A stretch of DNA of 64,000 nucleotides from Penicillus capitatus (GCA_965649825.1 OZ287705.1:1-64000), one strand, 5' to 3'. Counted from the stretch's first letter, positions 22,921 through 36,299 are shown. Notes: generated from the letters alone by a model not told the origin. Program-made: numbers and translations.

Positions 22921-23724
22921 CCGGTGCATCAAGTAAGCGCGGTATGGAGTTGCGAAGAAGTGAGTGACGGCGATCATTTCAATCCCTGGTAATAAGAAGA
23001 TAGCTTACAGATAGATTATTTGATTATTTGTCATCAGATCTATACCTGACAGCTGCTGTTTTGATTTGTTTCATCAGACTTAGTTTTAAATAAGTGGGTG
23101 TCTGTCTGGAGAACCGGATCTCGGAATTCTAATGAGGACTCGTGGAGAATAATTGTTTTCTTATTTCAAAGTCTGCATCATGTTGGCTAATGCAATGCAC
23201 ATCTGTCTCTTTTCAATTCATTGTCCAACTCGTTATGTTGTCTGCCAAGATGCGACGGAACTCCCGTTGCAGATTTAGCTGGTTATCGTTGCAAACTTAT
23301 GGAACAGTGCGTTATATCTCCGACTTCAGATAATGCGTTCTTTGCATCTTTATTGTCTGCATTTCATTCTGTTGAAAATAAAGAGGAAGTGATTTCACCA
23401 GTGTGTGATCTGCGCCTGAGGAAATCCTACTTTTTCAGAATTGTCTTGATCGTCAATGTCGAATAACACTCTCACCACTCAATCAGAAATAACACACGAA
23501 TGGCAGTGAACTTCATATCTTGTCCATTTGCCCTTAATGACTTGTCCGCGACACAGCGTATTGAGTACACGTATTGAATACTGCAAGTTGTGATGCGCAC
23601 GAACTCCGCATCGACGGAAAGGAATCGAATGTTGTGCACTCCCTGCGAATGAGAATTATGAAGATTGAGTGTTCACTGCGTATCGCATTTTTATTTCTGT
23701 TCTGGAATTGACTGTTGAAGTGTC

Positions 23725-25790
23725 ACATTTCTAACCAGATTGTCTATCCTGTGCTGCCTGGCTTGCGCTGGACATTCGTCGTCCAGTATTCCGAGTTCAG
23801 AGTCGAAGTTAAATGCTTGAAGATGTATAACGAAGCATGTCCTTTCTCTGAGCTCCAGAAGGGAGTCGGGCAAAACAGAAGAACGGCACTGATAGAACGC
23901 ACTCTGTGATTGCCCCCGGTTTGTTTTCGCGGCAGATGTTGTCGCTTTAATACTCTGTGGTTTACTCATGATGTAAAGAGATATTTGCTTTGCTTGCTTG
24001 ACATCTGTCTGTCGAGGGCTTCGTCGCAAACCGGACACCGCATCGACCTCGCACTCGCCTCATGTCACAGCGCTGTGAAGATGTCACATCAGAAGGTACG
24101 TAGCTTGTATCTTTCTGGCAGTATGGAAACAGACACCAAGCGCTGCCGTCAATGCCTTCAAACACCTCGCTGTGCTCTCTGCGTAATAGGAACCGCAAAG
24201 ACGGAGGAACACGAAGCGAGATTCGCTGAGAATTCGTTTCTGACGTTCAGGCCATTCTTCCGTCACTAAGCGCCGCACGACTGCTGCTGTGAAGTAAGTA
24301 TCCCAGAGTTCGTTGTGGCCAGCCAGCCTTTGTAGCCATTTTGTCCTGTGGGGTTTCTTTTCTATGGCGGGGCGCTCGATGAGGGAATGAATGTTTTAGT
24401 GTCCAGCGCGAAAATGGACGACAGATGTGACGTCGTCATTCAATGCAGACGAGCAGAGAATGCGCAACTGTAAAGCACCTGTCGCTGTCATCACTGTAGA
24501 GAACGTCGCGTGTTGTTGACGGAGTCCATCTGCTGTTGTTTCATTGGTTCCATCGCCCAACGAGGCTCCACGATCATCCGTCTCTTGTACGCGACGGAGA
24601 GTGACCTCTGTCGCTGCTGGGATCGTAGAAGCGCGCCTCTGATACTTTCGTGATCCGTCAGTCGAACTCGTCTCTGCCCGAGAGAGCATGAGAAGTGTTT
24701 CAAACATGAGTTGCTCTTACACAACTGAGCGCCGACACTCATGGCGAACTTGACAGACGAATGCAGAGGTGGATACTGTTTGCTGCATTCGCTCTGTTCA
24801 GACAGATTGACAAGGAAGAAGAACAACAGCCATTCAAAAGCGGCATGACAAGCACGGCTCGTGGCAAGAATAGAAGCACAGATAATCAACCCGGCAACAT
24901 TGTGTTGACCACAGAGAGCATGAAAGCCACAAGAACGGCAAGAAACAGAAACGGTTTATATCGGACAAGCCGGCACAACATCAGGATCATCGACAACAGC
25001 AACGTCCGCCAAATGTTACCCTCGCCCATTCTCATTCAGGGCGTCCATTGCTTGCGTACTTAACGAAATGATCATCCGTTAAGTACGTTTTCAACGACGC
25101 GCCTTAGCGGAAACTAAAAAATGATGTGATGGGACTGGCTACTGGGTAAGGGTAGCAGTTTGGCGCAAGGGAGTCGTCGACTCGAGGACTCCGTCGTCAA
25201 CACGCAGTCCAGTACCCGTCATGCGCGTTTCGTCGATCATGGACCAGACGAACGAAACGACCGTGTTCGTGCGTTCCAGTATGATGCTGCCAGCGAACAC
25301 ACACGTCTCCCTGACGAATTGTGCCGCCAGGGTGAGAGGAGTCCTAGGGTCGTGAAGTATCGCAACGGTAGAGAAGCCCGTTCCTACGATAAGGAAGTGT
25401 GTTAGCGTGAGTAAATGCAGAGCCTCATGGGTGCACCTTGATAGACGCTTTCCGTCACGGCAGACATGTTGAAGTGGTAAACAGGACTGCCGAGGAGACT
25501 ATCAGACACTTCCCAGGCCCCATCACTCGGAGGTTCGCACACTCGGGGCTCGTCAGGTTCCGAAATCTGTGATTGTATGAATTCATCTTCGTACACTTGC
25601 AGCAATTCAATCTCGTATGCTTCTGCAGACGCCTGTGCAAACTCAACTTCATGCGCTTCGGCAGCCGTCCACAAGGCGGCGGCCGTTACGAGGGCGACGA
25701 GGAAAACTGCATACAGACAACGTTGCGTTATCGGGTTGACGGCACACGTTGCGGCGAATTTTGCCTTACGTTTGCAAAGGGCCACCATGG
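23725..25790. repeat. Segmental duplication C, copy 1 (paralogous to 62022-64000)
   Basis: Near-identical over ~23725-24720; clearly more diverged over ~24800-25790. Confidence 0.92.
25139..25788 (-). pseudogene. Frameshifted paralogue of a signal-anchor/secreted glycoprotein of unknown family
   Basis: Hydrophobic CLYAVFLVALVTAAALW, CEPP, NMS and TCVFAGSI shared with 63435-64000. Frameshifts near 25405 and 25250 relative to that copy. Confidence 0.55.
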
Positions 25791-27793
25791 CTTTCGTCTT
25801 CGAAAAAATGTTTCGTGGGACGACCGTGTTGCGAAAACTGGTAGAAACGTTCGGTCTCCGGGTCGGAAGAGAATGTCGAAGTCGCGTTCAAAGTCTATAC
25901 GCGAGGACCCTTTCCGTTGCGTTTATATAGCAATCATGACTAAGCGTTACGTGGGTTACAGGTAATTGAAATGCGCGATTGGGCGACGAAAGGGCCATAT
26001 GAACGTGCTGTCGTCCGACACATTCCCGAAATTCGAGTTTCGAACCACGAGGACACGTCTTGCATCAGTAGGCAATAACAGTCTCCAGACATGTCGCGTT
26101 CTGCCCGTCAAGGAAGTCAAACACACTGTGTCGAAGTCATTGTCGCCAGGGCCCGATACTAAATGAGAAGGATAGATGCACAGAACTGTATTCCTTCGAA
26201 CCACGACTGTCACAGAATGCTTCTTCTGCCTTGAAGATTCAAAGAGAGCTATACAGACTTACCTATCAGCCGAGCAGGCAATAGTTCGTCTTCGATCAAT
26301 ACCCAATGCGTTTGTGCACAAGCGCATTCGTCGTGTGAGAGGTTAACTGCACGTGGAGTTGAAATCGACTTCCTTTGCGCACGTCGTCTGGGCTGAGCCC
26401 CGAGAAGGTCAGTCGGCGGAGATGGATGTCCGGTGGATGCGCGAAGATGTGATCCTTCTTCGAGTTCTGTCTTTCTGTTGTCGCGCTTATTGAATCATAT
26501 TATGTCAGACGTCGACGTCGAGAACGGTTGTTCACATTTGCCTGTTTCCATACAGCATTGGCTGTCTGTGGATAAAGTGCAGACTGTATGGCGTCACGAC
26601 CTAGGGAGACTGTTTTTCTGTTCAATACGGTCATCTTTGGATGATTCGTTCCACGTGCTCAGACATCCATCAGTGTTCCAGACTGCACATTGTCTAGAGG
26701 TCTCTTTAGTTTATGGCCTAAAGTAATTCGCCAGAGTGACTCTCTATTCTGCCTACTCATCGAGAGATAAAGACCCAGAGAACACCGATCTTCCGAAACG
26801 CCTCGCCGGCGACGTTTGCTCACACGGCCAATCGTGTACGTTCGTTCTCTGCTGAACTGTGAGGCAGAGAGGGTTGACAAAGATAGCAAACTCTATCCAT
26901 AGACGTGTATGGGAAATTCTGCAAAGAGGAGTCCACGAATTCGAAATCGAACACGCAACTCGCGTAAACTAAGAGCATTGTTCAACTTAGTAGATCAGAG
27001 GAGAAGACGACGCTGCCGCTCGAGTGATCTCCATTTGGAGACTTAGGAAGTATGCCGTCGCCATCGCCGTTGGCATCTGGGTCAGATGCAACCTGTCCAC
27101 GGTTCATGAATGAATAGATGCCAAAATCTTTGAAACTGAGAGACGAAGACGGTGCCTTCCTTTCAAGTAACTGGCGAGTCTGTCATCTGCTGCCGCACCT
27201 GTCGATCGGAAAGCGCTCAGTTCCCGCAAAATCGCTACGGGTTAAGTACTCCCGGGATCAAATCCCAGCGGCGGTATATTTTCTGTTATCGCATCTAATC
27301 CTCTTCCAGGTTACACAGATGTGACAGCCGATGAACGTGATGTTTGTTATTCGAGATGTCCGAACCGCGCAACCCCTGATCCAGACAATCGATATGTCGC
27401 TGAGTCAAAACCAGGTTCTTATCCGTACGACTGGCGAACGTGACTGAAGTCTTCGGCGTTAACAGTGGTGACGTCGATGTCGATCACGACGCCGACGGTG
27501 ACTCAGTGTTCGAGCCAAGGTCCTCTGGTTCCGTGGATTAAGACGTCACGTCACACGTCACGTCAGGTGTCTGTCGCTATCCCTGCCGATAACCGCACGC
27601 AACTGCGTTGTCTGCATGCGAAGGCGACGGAATTGGTCAGGGCAACGAACCCGAAATCCCCATATTCAGGCATGTGTGTCGCTAAACAGCGCACAGGGCG
27701 TTCTGCCCAATGACACTCGTAAACAAACAGCCGGACGTTACGTTTTGCCTAGATCCGCAGCAGCGAATTGGAATAGCCCTCGAACTTACAGAC

Positions 27794-30051
27794 ATGTCAA
27801 ACCCGCGCCCAACGAAGTCCTCTGCTTTTGACTCCGGTCCGAGAACCGACGACACTCGCCGAGAGCGACCGTCGCCGGAGGGGAGAAGATTCAAGCTGCC
27901 CAGAAGCAAAAGAATAGGGTCGAGGGGTTCGGGAGAGCATGAAAGAAGACGCGTGGACTCGACTCCAGATTCAGTTGTCCCGTCACCCATCGGCTCGTCT
28001 TCTTCCCGTACCGCCACCATTCCTAACACTCCAGTTCTGTGATACTGGCTGCCGAGCAGACCAGTCGGCGAGAATGGGAGGACACTCGGTGCCCTTTCAC
28101 GCTTCGGCAATACCGCCGAGATCATCAAGTCTGCCTCCTACCCTCGTGAGAGACCCGCGCATCTCTCCCCTGCATCATCGCATCTATATGCGTATTTGGT
28201 CAGAGCGAGGCACAGACATCGCTGTCCAGACTCGGCGACAAGGGAAGTGCTCATGTGGAGTTCTTGATGCAACTCAACTCGCTCAAGGATGGTCGGATGT
28301 TCGCCGGCAGGTACGTCGCCGACGATAAGGTTCTGTCCACGAGGATGTGTGACCTTGCAGGTATCGGCTCGAGGAGCAAAGGATCCAAGGAAAACCGCAC
28401 TGTCGCTACGCCGTTGAGAAATCCAACGGCCATCGCGTTTTTCTCAAGTTTTTCCCGCGCGATTCGACAGATTTTGAAAACGCTGTGGAAATCTACAGCG
28501 CATTAGATTCAGGAAACTCGCACATCAATAGGCAAACCCACTCACTACCCACAGTTCTCCTGCTGAAAGCCTTCGATCTTCGTTCAGACTGATAGAAACC
28601 ATCGAAGGCATCTACGGCTTCCCTCCGTGTCTCGTCCTGGAGAGAGGCGACTACAGACTCGCAGAGAGAATCGCGAAAGGGCAGATGTCGCTCATCGATC
28701 AGAAGGCCATTCTCAATTCGGTATGTCCCCCGTTCGACAATGCCGTCGACGCCGATCGTTTCTCCAGGTGCTCGAGGCGCTCGATCACATCCACTCCAGA
28801 GGAATCACTCATGGCAATCTCGACCCATCACATCTTCTGTGGTTCGCCGCCGAGTGTTCCTGGAAACTGGTCGACCTCGAGTACGCATCGCGAGATGGCC
28901 GAGCAGCTGCACAGAACGAACCGAGCAGATACGCATCTCCAGAGTTCAGTCAGGCAAAGAGACGATCGAGGACTCCGATCAGACTCGCTCCGTCGGCAGA
29001 CATGTGGTCGTTCGGCGTCATCGCCTTCGAGGTCTTGACCTGTGCGTCGTCTCTCTCCCGCAACGGTCTCCCAATGCGGTCCGTCTGTTCCCCTCAGGTT
29101 CTTCGGTGGCCGATTCTAGCGGCATCATGGAGTACATCGACGGCAAACTGCAAGAGCCTCCTGCGGACGCAGGGCGGACGCTGGGGAGATGGCTGTCTGC
29201 GAATCCGCGAGGTCGCGTCGACTACGGAAGCGAAGAGCAGAACCTCCGATTCATCCAGACTTTCCTCCACAAGGACCCGGACAACAGGCGGACGGCAGTC
29301 GAGGCGTTGGAGGATCCCCTCTTTCGATCTGCCACGGATCTCTACCAGCGCCAGGACAGCCACGAGATCGTGCGTAACCCCTCACTCATATCCACCCCAC
29401 CAAACGACGGGACTGCTGCAGAACGCCTTGGGCCCTTCGGAGGGGAGGGAAGAGCCTTCGATGCCTGACTGGGTCTGGACCATAGGGATCGTCAACCGCT
29501 TGAAGCTCGTGGTCGATGTGGAGTACCTGCCGAGCGACATCGGCGAGACGCTTCCCTTCTATCTGCGCACAGGCGAGCAGGCATGGATGTTCGACGACGA
29601 CTACCTGCCAAGCCACCCCGTCTATTTCATAAGACTCGGCAAGACATACCGTCTCCACATCCGAGTCACACCTCAATCCGACTCCGCCCTCATCGTCCGA
29701 AAGATTGTCTCCGTCACCGTGAAGCCTCCGGACTCGGATTCTGCCACACTGACTTTAGAACAGCGCCGCAGAGATGACGAGATCGCAGCCTTAGCACTGT
29801 TCCAACCTTCGTTGCTCGGGTCCAGAAGACTGCAAACAAAGTCGCCTCACTGGGGGACCGTCGATGAGAAGTATGTGAGGCTGGAGGTTGGCATCAAGCT
29901 CCTGTTTGGAGAACCAGTATCACGGGAGCTCGAATTTCATAAAGCCATCTACTGTAGAGTAATCGGTCCTGGAAAAAAGCTGAGGTTTCATAAATTTTTG
30001 GGAATGATCAAGAATGAGAACGTTCTGCGTCGTCCTTTTGAGATGGAGTGA
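27794..30051 (+). CDS. Pseudokinase B with conserved C-terminal beta-rich domain, apparently intact
   Basis: [92 protein letters not shown] becomes HGNLDPSH. One GC-AG intron at ~28532-28587. Confidence 0.85.
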
Positions 30052-30799
30052 AGACGGCGGCCCTTTCCATCAGATCGCGAACGACAGCACTAAATGGCCT
30101 GGACGTGGGGAAGGATAACACAGCTGCACTGGGATATTTGTTGGATGGCGTTTCTGCAGCTCGAAAAGACTGAACTGCCGTTCTGAATCCATCGAAGTTG
30201 TCCAACCCACTGTCTGACCCTATTCGATCAATAATGCGGGATTCAGATGGCAATGATTTGCTTGTGACTGACATGTGCAATGATGAGCTGTGCGATTCGC
30301 GTTGTTTGTCCGTCTCAAAGAGTACCGACCATCCGCCAGCCGCAAAGGACGTCCAGATTGGAACAACGGAGAGCTGCAGCCACGCGTCGCGTCATCCAGC
30401 ATCCACTGCCCGACAAATGAAGTGGAAATCACAGAGATCCGAAAGCAAGGGACAAAGACATCTGCCTCTGGATGGTGAAACAGTGACGATCAGATGGTCT
30501 TCGGGGAAAACGTCACGGCCAGAGAAGATTCTCAGCAGAATGAAGGGCGACTGAGTGTTTTTCTGTTCGGCTGTTTCCCTTCTACGTGTCTTGTCGTTAC
30601 GGAGAGCATGCTTTCCGTGATCAGAATGCCCCATGCAATGGAAGAGACGAGGACATGCGTATACTTGCACCGATTCCCTCTGACGCGGACGTCTACGTCT
30701 CTCGTACACAATACAGGTCGAAACCGTCACGGGAGAACGAGGCAAGAAGACCAAAACGACCTGCACGCGTCTCGTCGTTAACTGCCGTCGACGAGACTT

Positions 30800-32047
30800 G
30801 TGCTGCAGCGTCGCCTTAGAAGAGCGAAAGCACAAGACGCGTCTCTCGGCGAGCACGGCGCGGCTCCTCATCGAAGGATGTCTCGCTTTCCGGATACTCT
30901 GTCGCTGGTCGAGGCATACCCGTTAAGAGATCCTTTCTCCCGTGACGTTATGTATCACGTCAGCGAAGAACGGAGTGCTGCTGGACATCGCCATCCGTTG
31001 ATGCCATCGTACTTCCGTCCGTACCTTAGAGGCTCCTTATATGTTGCATACGCTTTCGGACGGATCGGCGACACATGGATGACGCGAGGTTCGGCTAGAC
31101 GTTGTCCAAACACGAGGCTTTAGACGAACGCCCCTGGACTCCCCTCTCATGACCTGTCACGAGCATCGAGGGCGACGTCTATCGGGACATGAATTCGGCG
31201 ACCGGGAGGCAAGAGTGTGTCACTCACACAGATGGAGATGAAACCGACGTGTTACATGGATGCTGTCCAGGATCATGAGCTCGTCTGTCGATTCCTGTCT
31301 ACAAAGAGTCACTTCGAAACCGCAGACTGGATTGCGATGAAGACACAACTTGACAGCAAGGAGAATTTCGAGTCAGATGAGACGCATCGAAAGCGATCTG
31401 TCGTTGGGGAGACGAACAGCGTTTCTCTTCGGTCCCTCTACGCCTTGTGTCGATCAGGATCGCCGTCCGAATGCAGTCGACCTGCACTGGAGCAGCGCAT
31501 TGAAGACATCGCAAATGACCTCGTCGGTAAACGGTACGACCAGATTTGGCCAATGCCGACAAAGATAGCTCTTTCCGTAGAGATTGTCTGGACAGCCTTC
31601 AGCGAGCATCGTTCTCCAGCTCGGCGTCTTCAAGAGACAGTGCTATCTGGTTTTCCTCGTACAGGGACGAGGATACGTCGTCGGGTGCCCACCGGAACCG
31701 CTCTCTTTGGCAGACACTTACCGAAAACCGATGATGCCTGGCTTTGTGTTTCGTCTGTAGACGAAACAGTTTGTGGCCGCAGAATTGAAGACGGCAGTCA
31801 CCGCTGTCCGCATACTGTCCAACCGCACGCCTCCTCGAAATCGCTCCTTCAAGACTTCTACTGGCGGCAGTACACGACAGCGCCACTCAGACAACGGTTT
31901 GAGGACGACGGCTACCCTTCTGCAGATATAAAGTGCCATGCGGCTCTGGCTTCATCATCAGTACTGAATTCCGCCGCGGACTCCTCAAAACGGTGCGGTA
32001 CTGCTTTCCTTATTCTCATGTTTAGACCTGTTCTGCTGGTTAAGTAA
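30800..32047 (+). other. Unassigned ORFs (107 aa and 276 aa), possibly a spliced or decayed gene
   Basis: Long open frames with ordinary composition but no recognised motif. Confidence 0.25.
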
Positions 32048-32407
32048 TACTGTACTTGACTACTATTACCGCGGCACTATGGCCTACTTATTCCTTTTAG
32101 CTCTGCAAGCCTTTTATACTTTGTTCATATCTGTAGAGTATTCGCAGCCATTGTCAGTAGCTTAGCCACAGTGACAGTGACAACATTATCGATAGCTTGC
32201 CTAGTTTGTGTGATAGTACGGTCGGTCTGTTTGCTCCGTTGGTCTCGCCTAATCCTGCAAAACGTGTAGAGGACTAAAGCAGCCGTGCATCCACAACCAC
32301 CTCCACCTCATGCATCCTGGATTTCCCAGCACAGGTTAGTGTCCCAACCGCCACATGCGTTGTCGCTACGTGGCACGTGTAAGTGGATGTCCGTCTTTAT
32401 CTAGGTT

Positions 32408-34728
32408 ATGGTAGCAGACAAGACAGTGGCCGAGGAAGGAGAGACAGATTCTCAGCCGAAGGCTCGGTGCAGCGACGGAGAGGTTCCCATGAGGCATCGT
32501 CGACAACACATACGCCAACGAGGCGGCAGAGATTGCTGGGCGCCGTCGGCAGACGGCTTCGGTCGTTTCGCCCGCGTCCGCTTTTTGCGTATCGACGCAC
32601 GACCCGCATCTCCGGGAACGTGCTTGATACGCGAGAAACGGCGGGCGCAACCGAACCCGCTGCCACCCAAGCGATCTCTTCGGGCAGAGCGCGAGTAACA
32701 TCAGGTCAATCAACCCTAACACGACCGGTGCAGCAAACTGAACGCGCTCTGTGCAGAAATTGAAGAAGCTGGCGAACTTGGCGCATCCTCTACGCTAACC
32801 GACGTCGGTCCGTCCGAACGCCGAACAGAGGTGAGGCAGCATACATAATCCTTGCCTTGTTGACATGACGTCGCGGTCCAGGCGCACCCCGCGATGTCCA
32901 TGCGACAACCCGTCGATCAACCGCCGGTCGCCGAGTCCGCCGTCGAACTGGATCCGCTCGTCGGCGGAGCGGTCTTCGCCGAGAGGTAACGCCCCGTGCA
33001 TCCTACCGGCACTTAACACGATGGATCCCTCTGCGTCCTGCAGGTACACCATCGACGAGGAGAAGCCTCGAGGGCAATCCCACTGTCGCTACGCGACAGA
33101 CCTGGTCACGTCGCAGCGCGTGGTGCTGAAGTTCTACTTCGGATCTTCTCACGAATGGATGAACGCGATCCGAGTCCACCGCTTTACGCACCAGAGCAAA
33201 TACGTCTGCAAGTAATGCCTGCCCTTCGAATGCCATTCGATGCGCCTGCGTTGTCTCCCAGGCTGCTGAACGTCGTCGAAGAGGCAGACGGTCTGCCTCT
33301 CTGCCTCGTCTTGGAGAGAGGCAACTATTCGCTGGCGGATCGCCTGTCCGCCAGACATCCGAACCCCATGGAGCAGCGCGCGATCCTCTACTCGGTTTGC
33401 CGCCTCTCGTCTTCGATGCCGGTCTGCACGCTCAGTCTTATGGCGTAGGTGCTCGAGGCATTGGATAACCTTCACGGTCAGGGCATCTATCACGGAACTC
33501 TCCACCCGTCGAACATCATGTGGTTCTCGTCGGACTTCACCTGGAAGCTCATCGATCTGGACTACGCTTCGCGTTCCCAGGAACTGGCAGTCGTCCCTCC
33601 CCACATCACTCGCTACGCCGCACCTGAAATGGCTCTGGCGTACCAGCAAGGCAAGACGCATGTGAAGCTGAGCTACGGCGCCGACATGTGGGTCGTCGGC
33701 ATCATCGCCTTCGAAATGTTCACCTGTGCGTGCGCCACCATCCCCCGTCCCTGCACGCCGACTCACGTCGCTCCTGTCTAGGCTCTCGAGTCTTCGACTC
33801 CGCCAAGCTCCGCGAGCACATACGCTCGAGACTGGCAGACCAGTCTCCTGATCAGGAAGGCGCCTCGCGTCGCTGGCTCTCCGCCGACCGCAGGGGGAGA
33901 TCGGCCTTCAGCGACGAGGAGCAGTGTCTTCTGTTCGTCCAGGCCGTCCTCCGTCTCGATCCAAGCACCAGACAGACGGCGACCGGGGCACTGGCGGACA
34001 GAATCTTCCGATCGGTGACGGATGCCTACCAACGCATCGACGTCCTCGAGTCGGTACGTCGCCAGATGATGCTGTCGTCTCCGTCACGTCGTCGGTGCTT
34101 GCAGCTGCACTCGGATGGAAGACTGAGGCTCGGCGACGTCTGCCAGTGGCCAGAGTGGGCCTGGTCGCCGATACTGAACGAGCACACAGCAGTGACGCTC
34201 CACGTCGAGTGCTTTCTCAGATCGAGCAGCGCCGCGACGCCCTTCCATCTGAGGAACGCGCAGGAGGCCTTGCGATTCTACGACGACTATCTGCCGGAGC
34301 ATCCAGTTCACATCCTGCGCCGCCGGCAGGATACAAGGCTGCGCGTCTGCATAACGCCAGACGAGGAGTTGCCCTTTCCGATCGAGGGCGTCGCCTCTGT
34401 TCGCGTGGGACTGCCCGACGAGGACTTTGTGGAGTTGGAGGTGGTCCAGAATCTCCGCGGGAGGACGGTCGAAGCCATGGCGCTGCTTCAGCCCTCCAAG
34501 TTTCGCTCTCGCAGCCTGCACGTCATCTCGCCGCACTTCGGCCCCGTCGATCAGAAGTACGTAAAACTGACTGTACAGATTCGAATTTTTTTGGGTCACC
34601 CGTTTCGAAGAGAAGTCGATCTCTATCGACTCATCTACGGCAAAGTCGTCCGTTCCAGCAATCGCCTGCGATTTCACCGAATGGTCCGAATGTTCGAGAA
34701 TCAGACAGAGCACAACACCTCTGCCTGA
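32408..34728 (+). CDS. Pseudokinase C with conserved C-terminal beta-rich domain; start codon approximate
   Basis: FAERYTI..HCRYAT..VVLKFY..CLVLERG..VLEALDNLHGQGIYHGTLHPSNIMWF..WKLIDLDYA..YAAPE..DMWVVG..DPSTRQTATGAL. HRD becomes HGT. Same intron positions as A and B. Confidence 0.85.
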
Positions 34729-36299
34729 TCCGCTCCCGCATAAATGCTCTCGATGAGCCTCGTTTTCATCGATCAAGAGGCCAAGTGGGAGCATCATCTA
34801 TTGGTGTCCGAAGAAAGAGAGCTCGACTCAGCTTTTGCGGCACAGCGAACGGAATGCGGCGATTGTTGCCCGTTTTTGAAAAGAATAAAGCTGGAACTGC
34901 CAAGTATTGATTTCTCATTGTTTCTCCGCAACACTAACAAGGTCATCGAAATCTGCTTGCTCTTCCCACTTCGGGGTCTGTCCGATTTTTGCCAGTTCGG
35001 ACGAACGGATTCGACTCGATTAGACAATCACAATCTCTTGATAGACGTAACCCCAGTGAGCACCCCATAAGTGCCAATTTGTCGCTAGGAAGTGTAGATT
35101 ATTAATTGTGAACAACACAGGTCCTATTAGAAGTGTTTGTTTGATTGTAACTGATCTGGAACGGAACGGAACGGACAGGAATAGAATACACCTAGAATGA
35201 AAGTGAAGTGATCTGTGATGTAAAGTGTAATCGGGATTCCGTCCACCGTCGCATCTGTAAACTCTATTGCAATCTGTCGAGTGTATTTCGATTGGCAAGA
35301 TTGGCTCAACGATTGTACATTCATCCATCGTCCACCGAGGCAGCTCTGGAACTCGCTCATCACTGGCCCATCGAAGAACATGTCACATACGAGCTTCTGG
35401 TCCGCGGACCACGCATCTGGAAAGAGAACACTAGACACTTAAACGCAGGGCCGACAGGAGCAACTCACTGTTCTCCGACAGACCTTTTGCGGACAGAAAT
35501 TCGAAGACTCCGCCAATCGGGCGTTCCATGTGATCTCGGAGCCTATTGCGAAATCGTCCATGATGTCACCTGCTTCTGTTATGGTTTCAAGCTCTTCAAG
35601 GCCACCGTTAGAAGCTATATAGAAGACCATCTCTCTCGCCTTTGGACTACAGGGTCGAAGGCCTCATGACTTAAAGAACTAGGCTGGATACACCGCACTC
35701 ATGCTAAACCCTGGTTCCACAGACCAATCTGGAATAGATCAGACGCCCGGCTGATCTTTATGTTTCTATCTGCGCATTTTCCAACAAGATTTTACTGAGC
35801 GGCACGTGGACATAGCATTCCAGATACGACATGCCGTCTCTGCTCAAAACATCCCGAAACACGCAACCATCTTCTCTGGTACACAGCCCCCCTCGCTCGA
35901 GGGGCACGTCTGAAAGCATTTGGATCTACTAACGATCTCTGGCCCTACATCTCTAGCATCATTATTGACCCGAATTTCTACGAAAACTGTCTGCGTTTTT
36001 ACAAATCCTTAGTCCGCCATTAATGACTTGATTCTGTCCTGCTCACTGTGATGTCTATTTATTTACGATCATTAGTAGGAATTCTGTGTCTTCTACTCTG
36101 GGAGGCAGGGTTACATGCCCCTGGCGAACCCCCTACCTCTCTCCTGTAAATCGGATTTCTCTCTCATCCATCGTCCAAAGAGACCAATGCTTTTGTCCAA
36201 CAGACCGTTTCCTTCCACCTTCTCTGCATTCGAATGCTCCTCAAAAATGGTCCTGTCTACATGCTGCGAAGCGGCGAGCGTTTTCGTATGTTTACATCA

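Noticed and set aside
28627-30051. Treating the 474-aa, 346-aa (33688) and 342-aa (53657) ORFs as complete proteins
   Set aside because: They read through introns and switch between coding and non-coding frames; spliced models explain them.
34800-36100. AT-rich stretch with short ORFs, considered as a TE or viral relic
   Set aside because: No recognisable motif, repeat or terminal structure; insufficient support.
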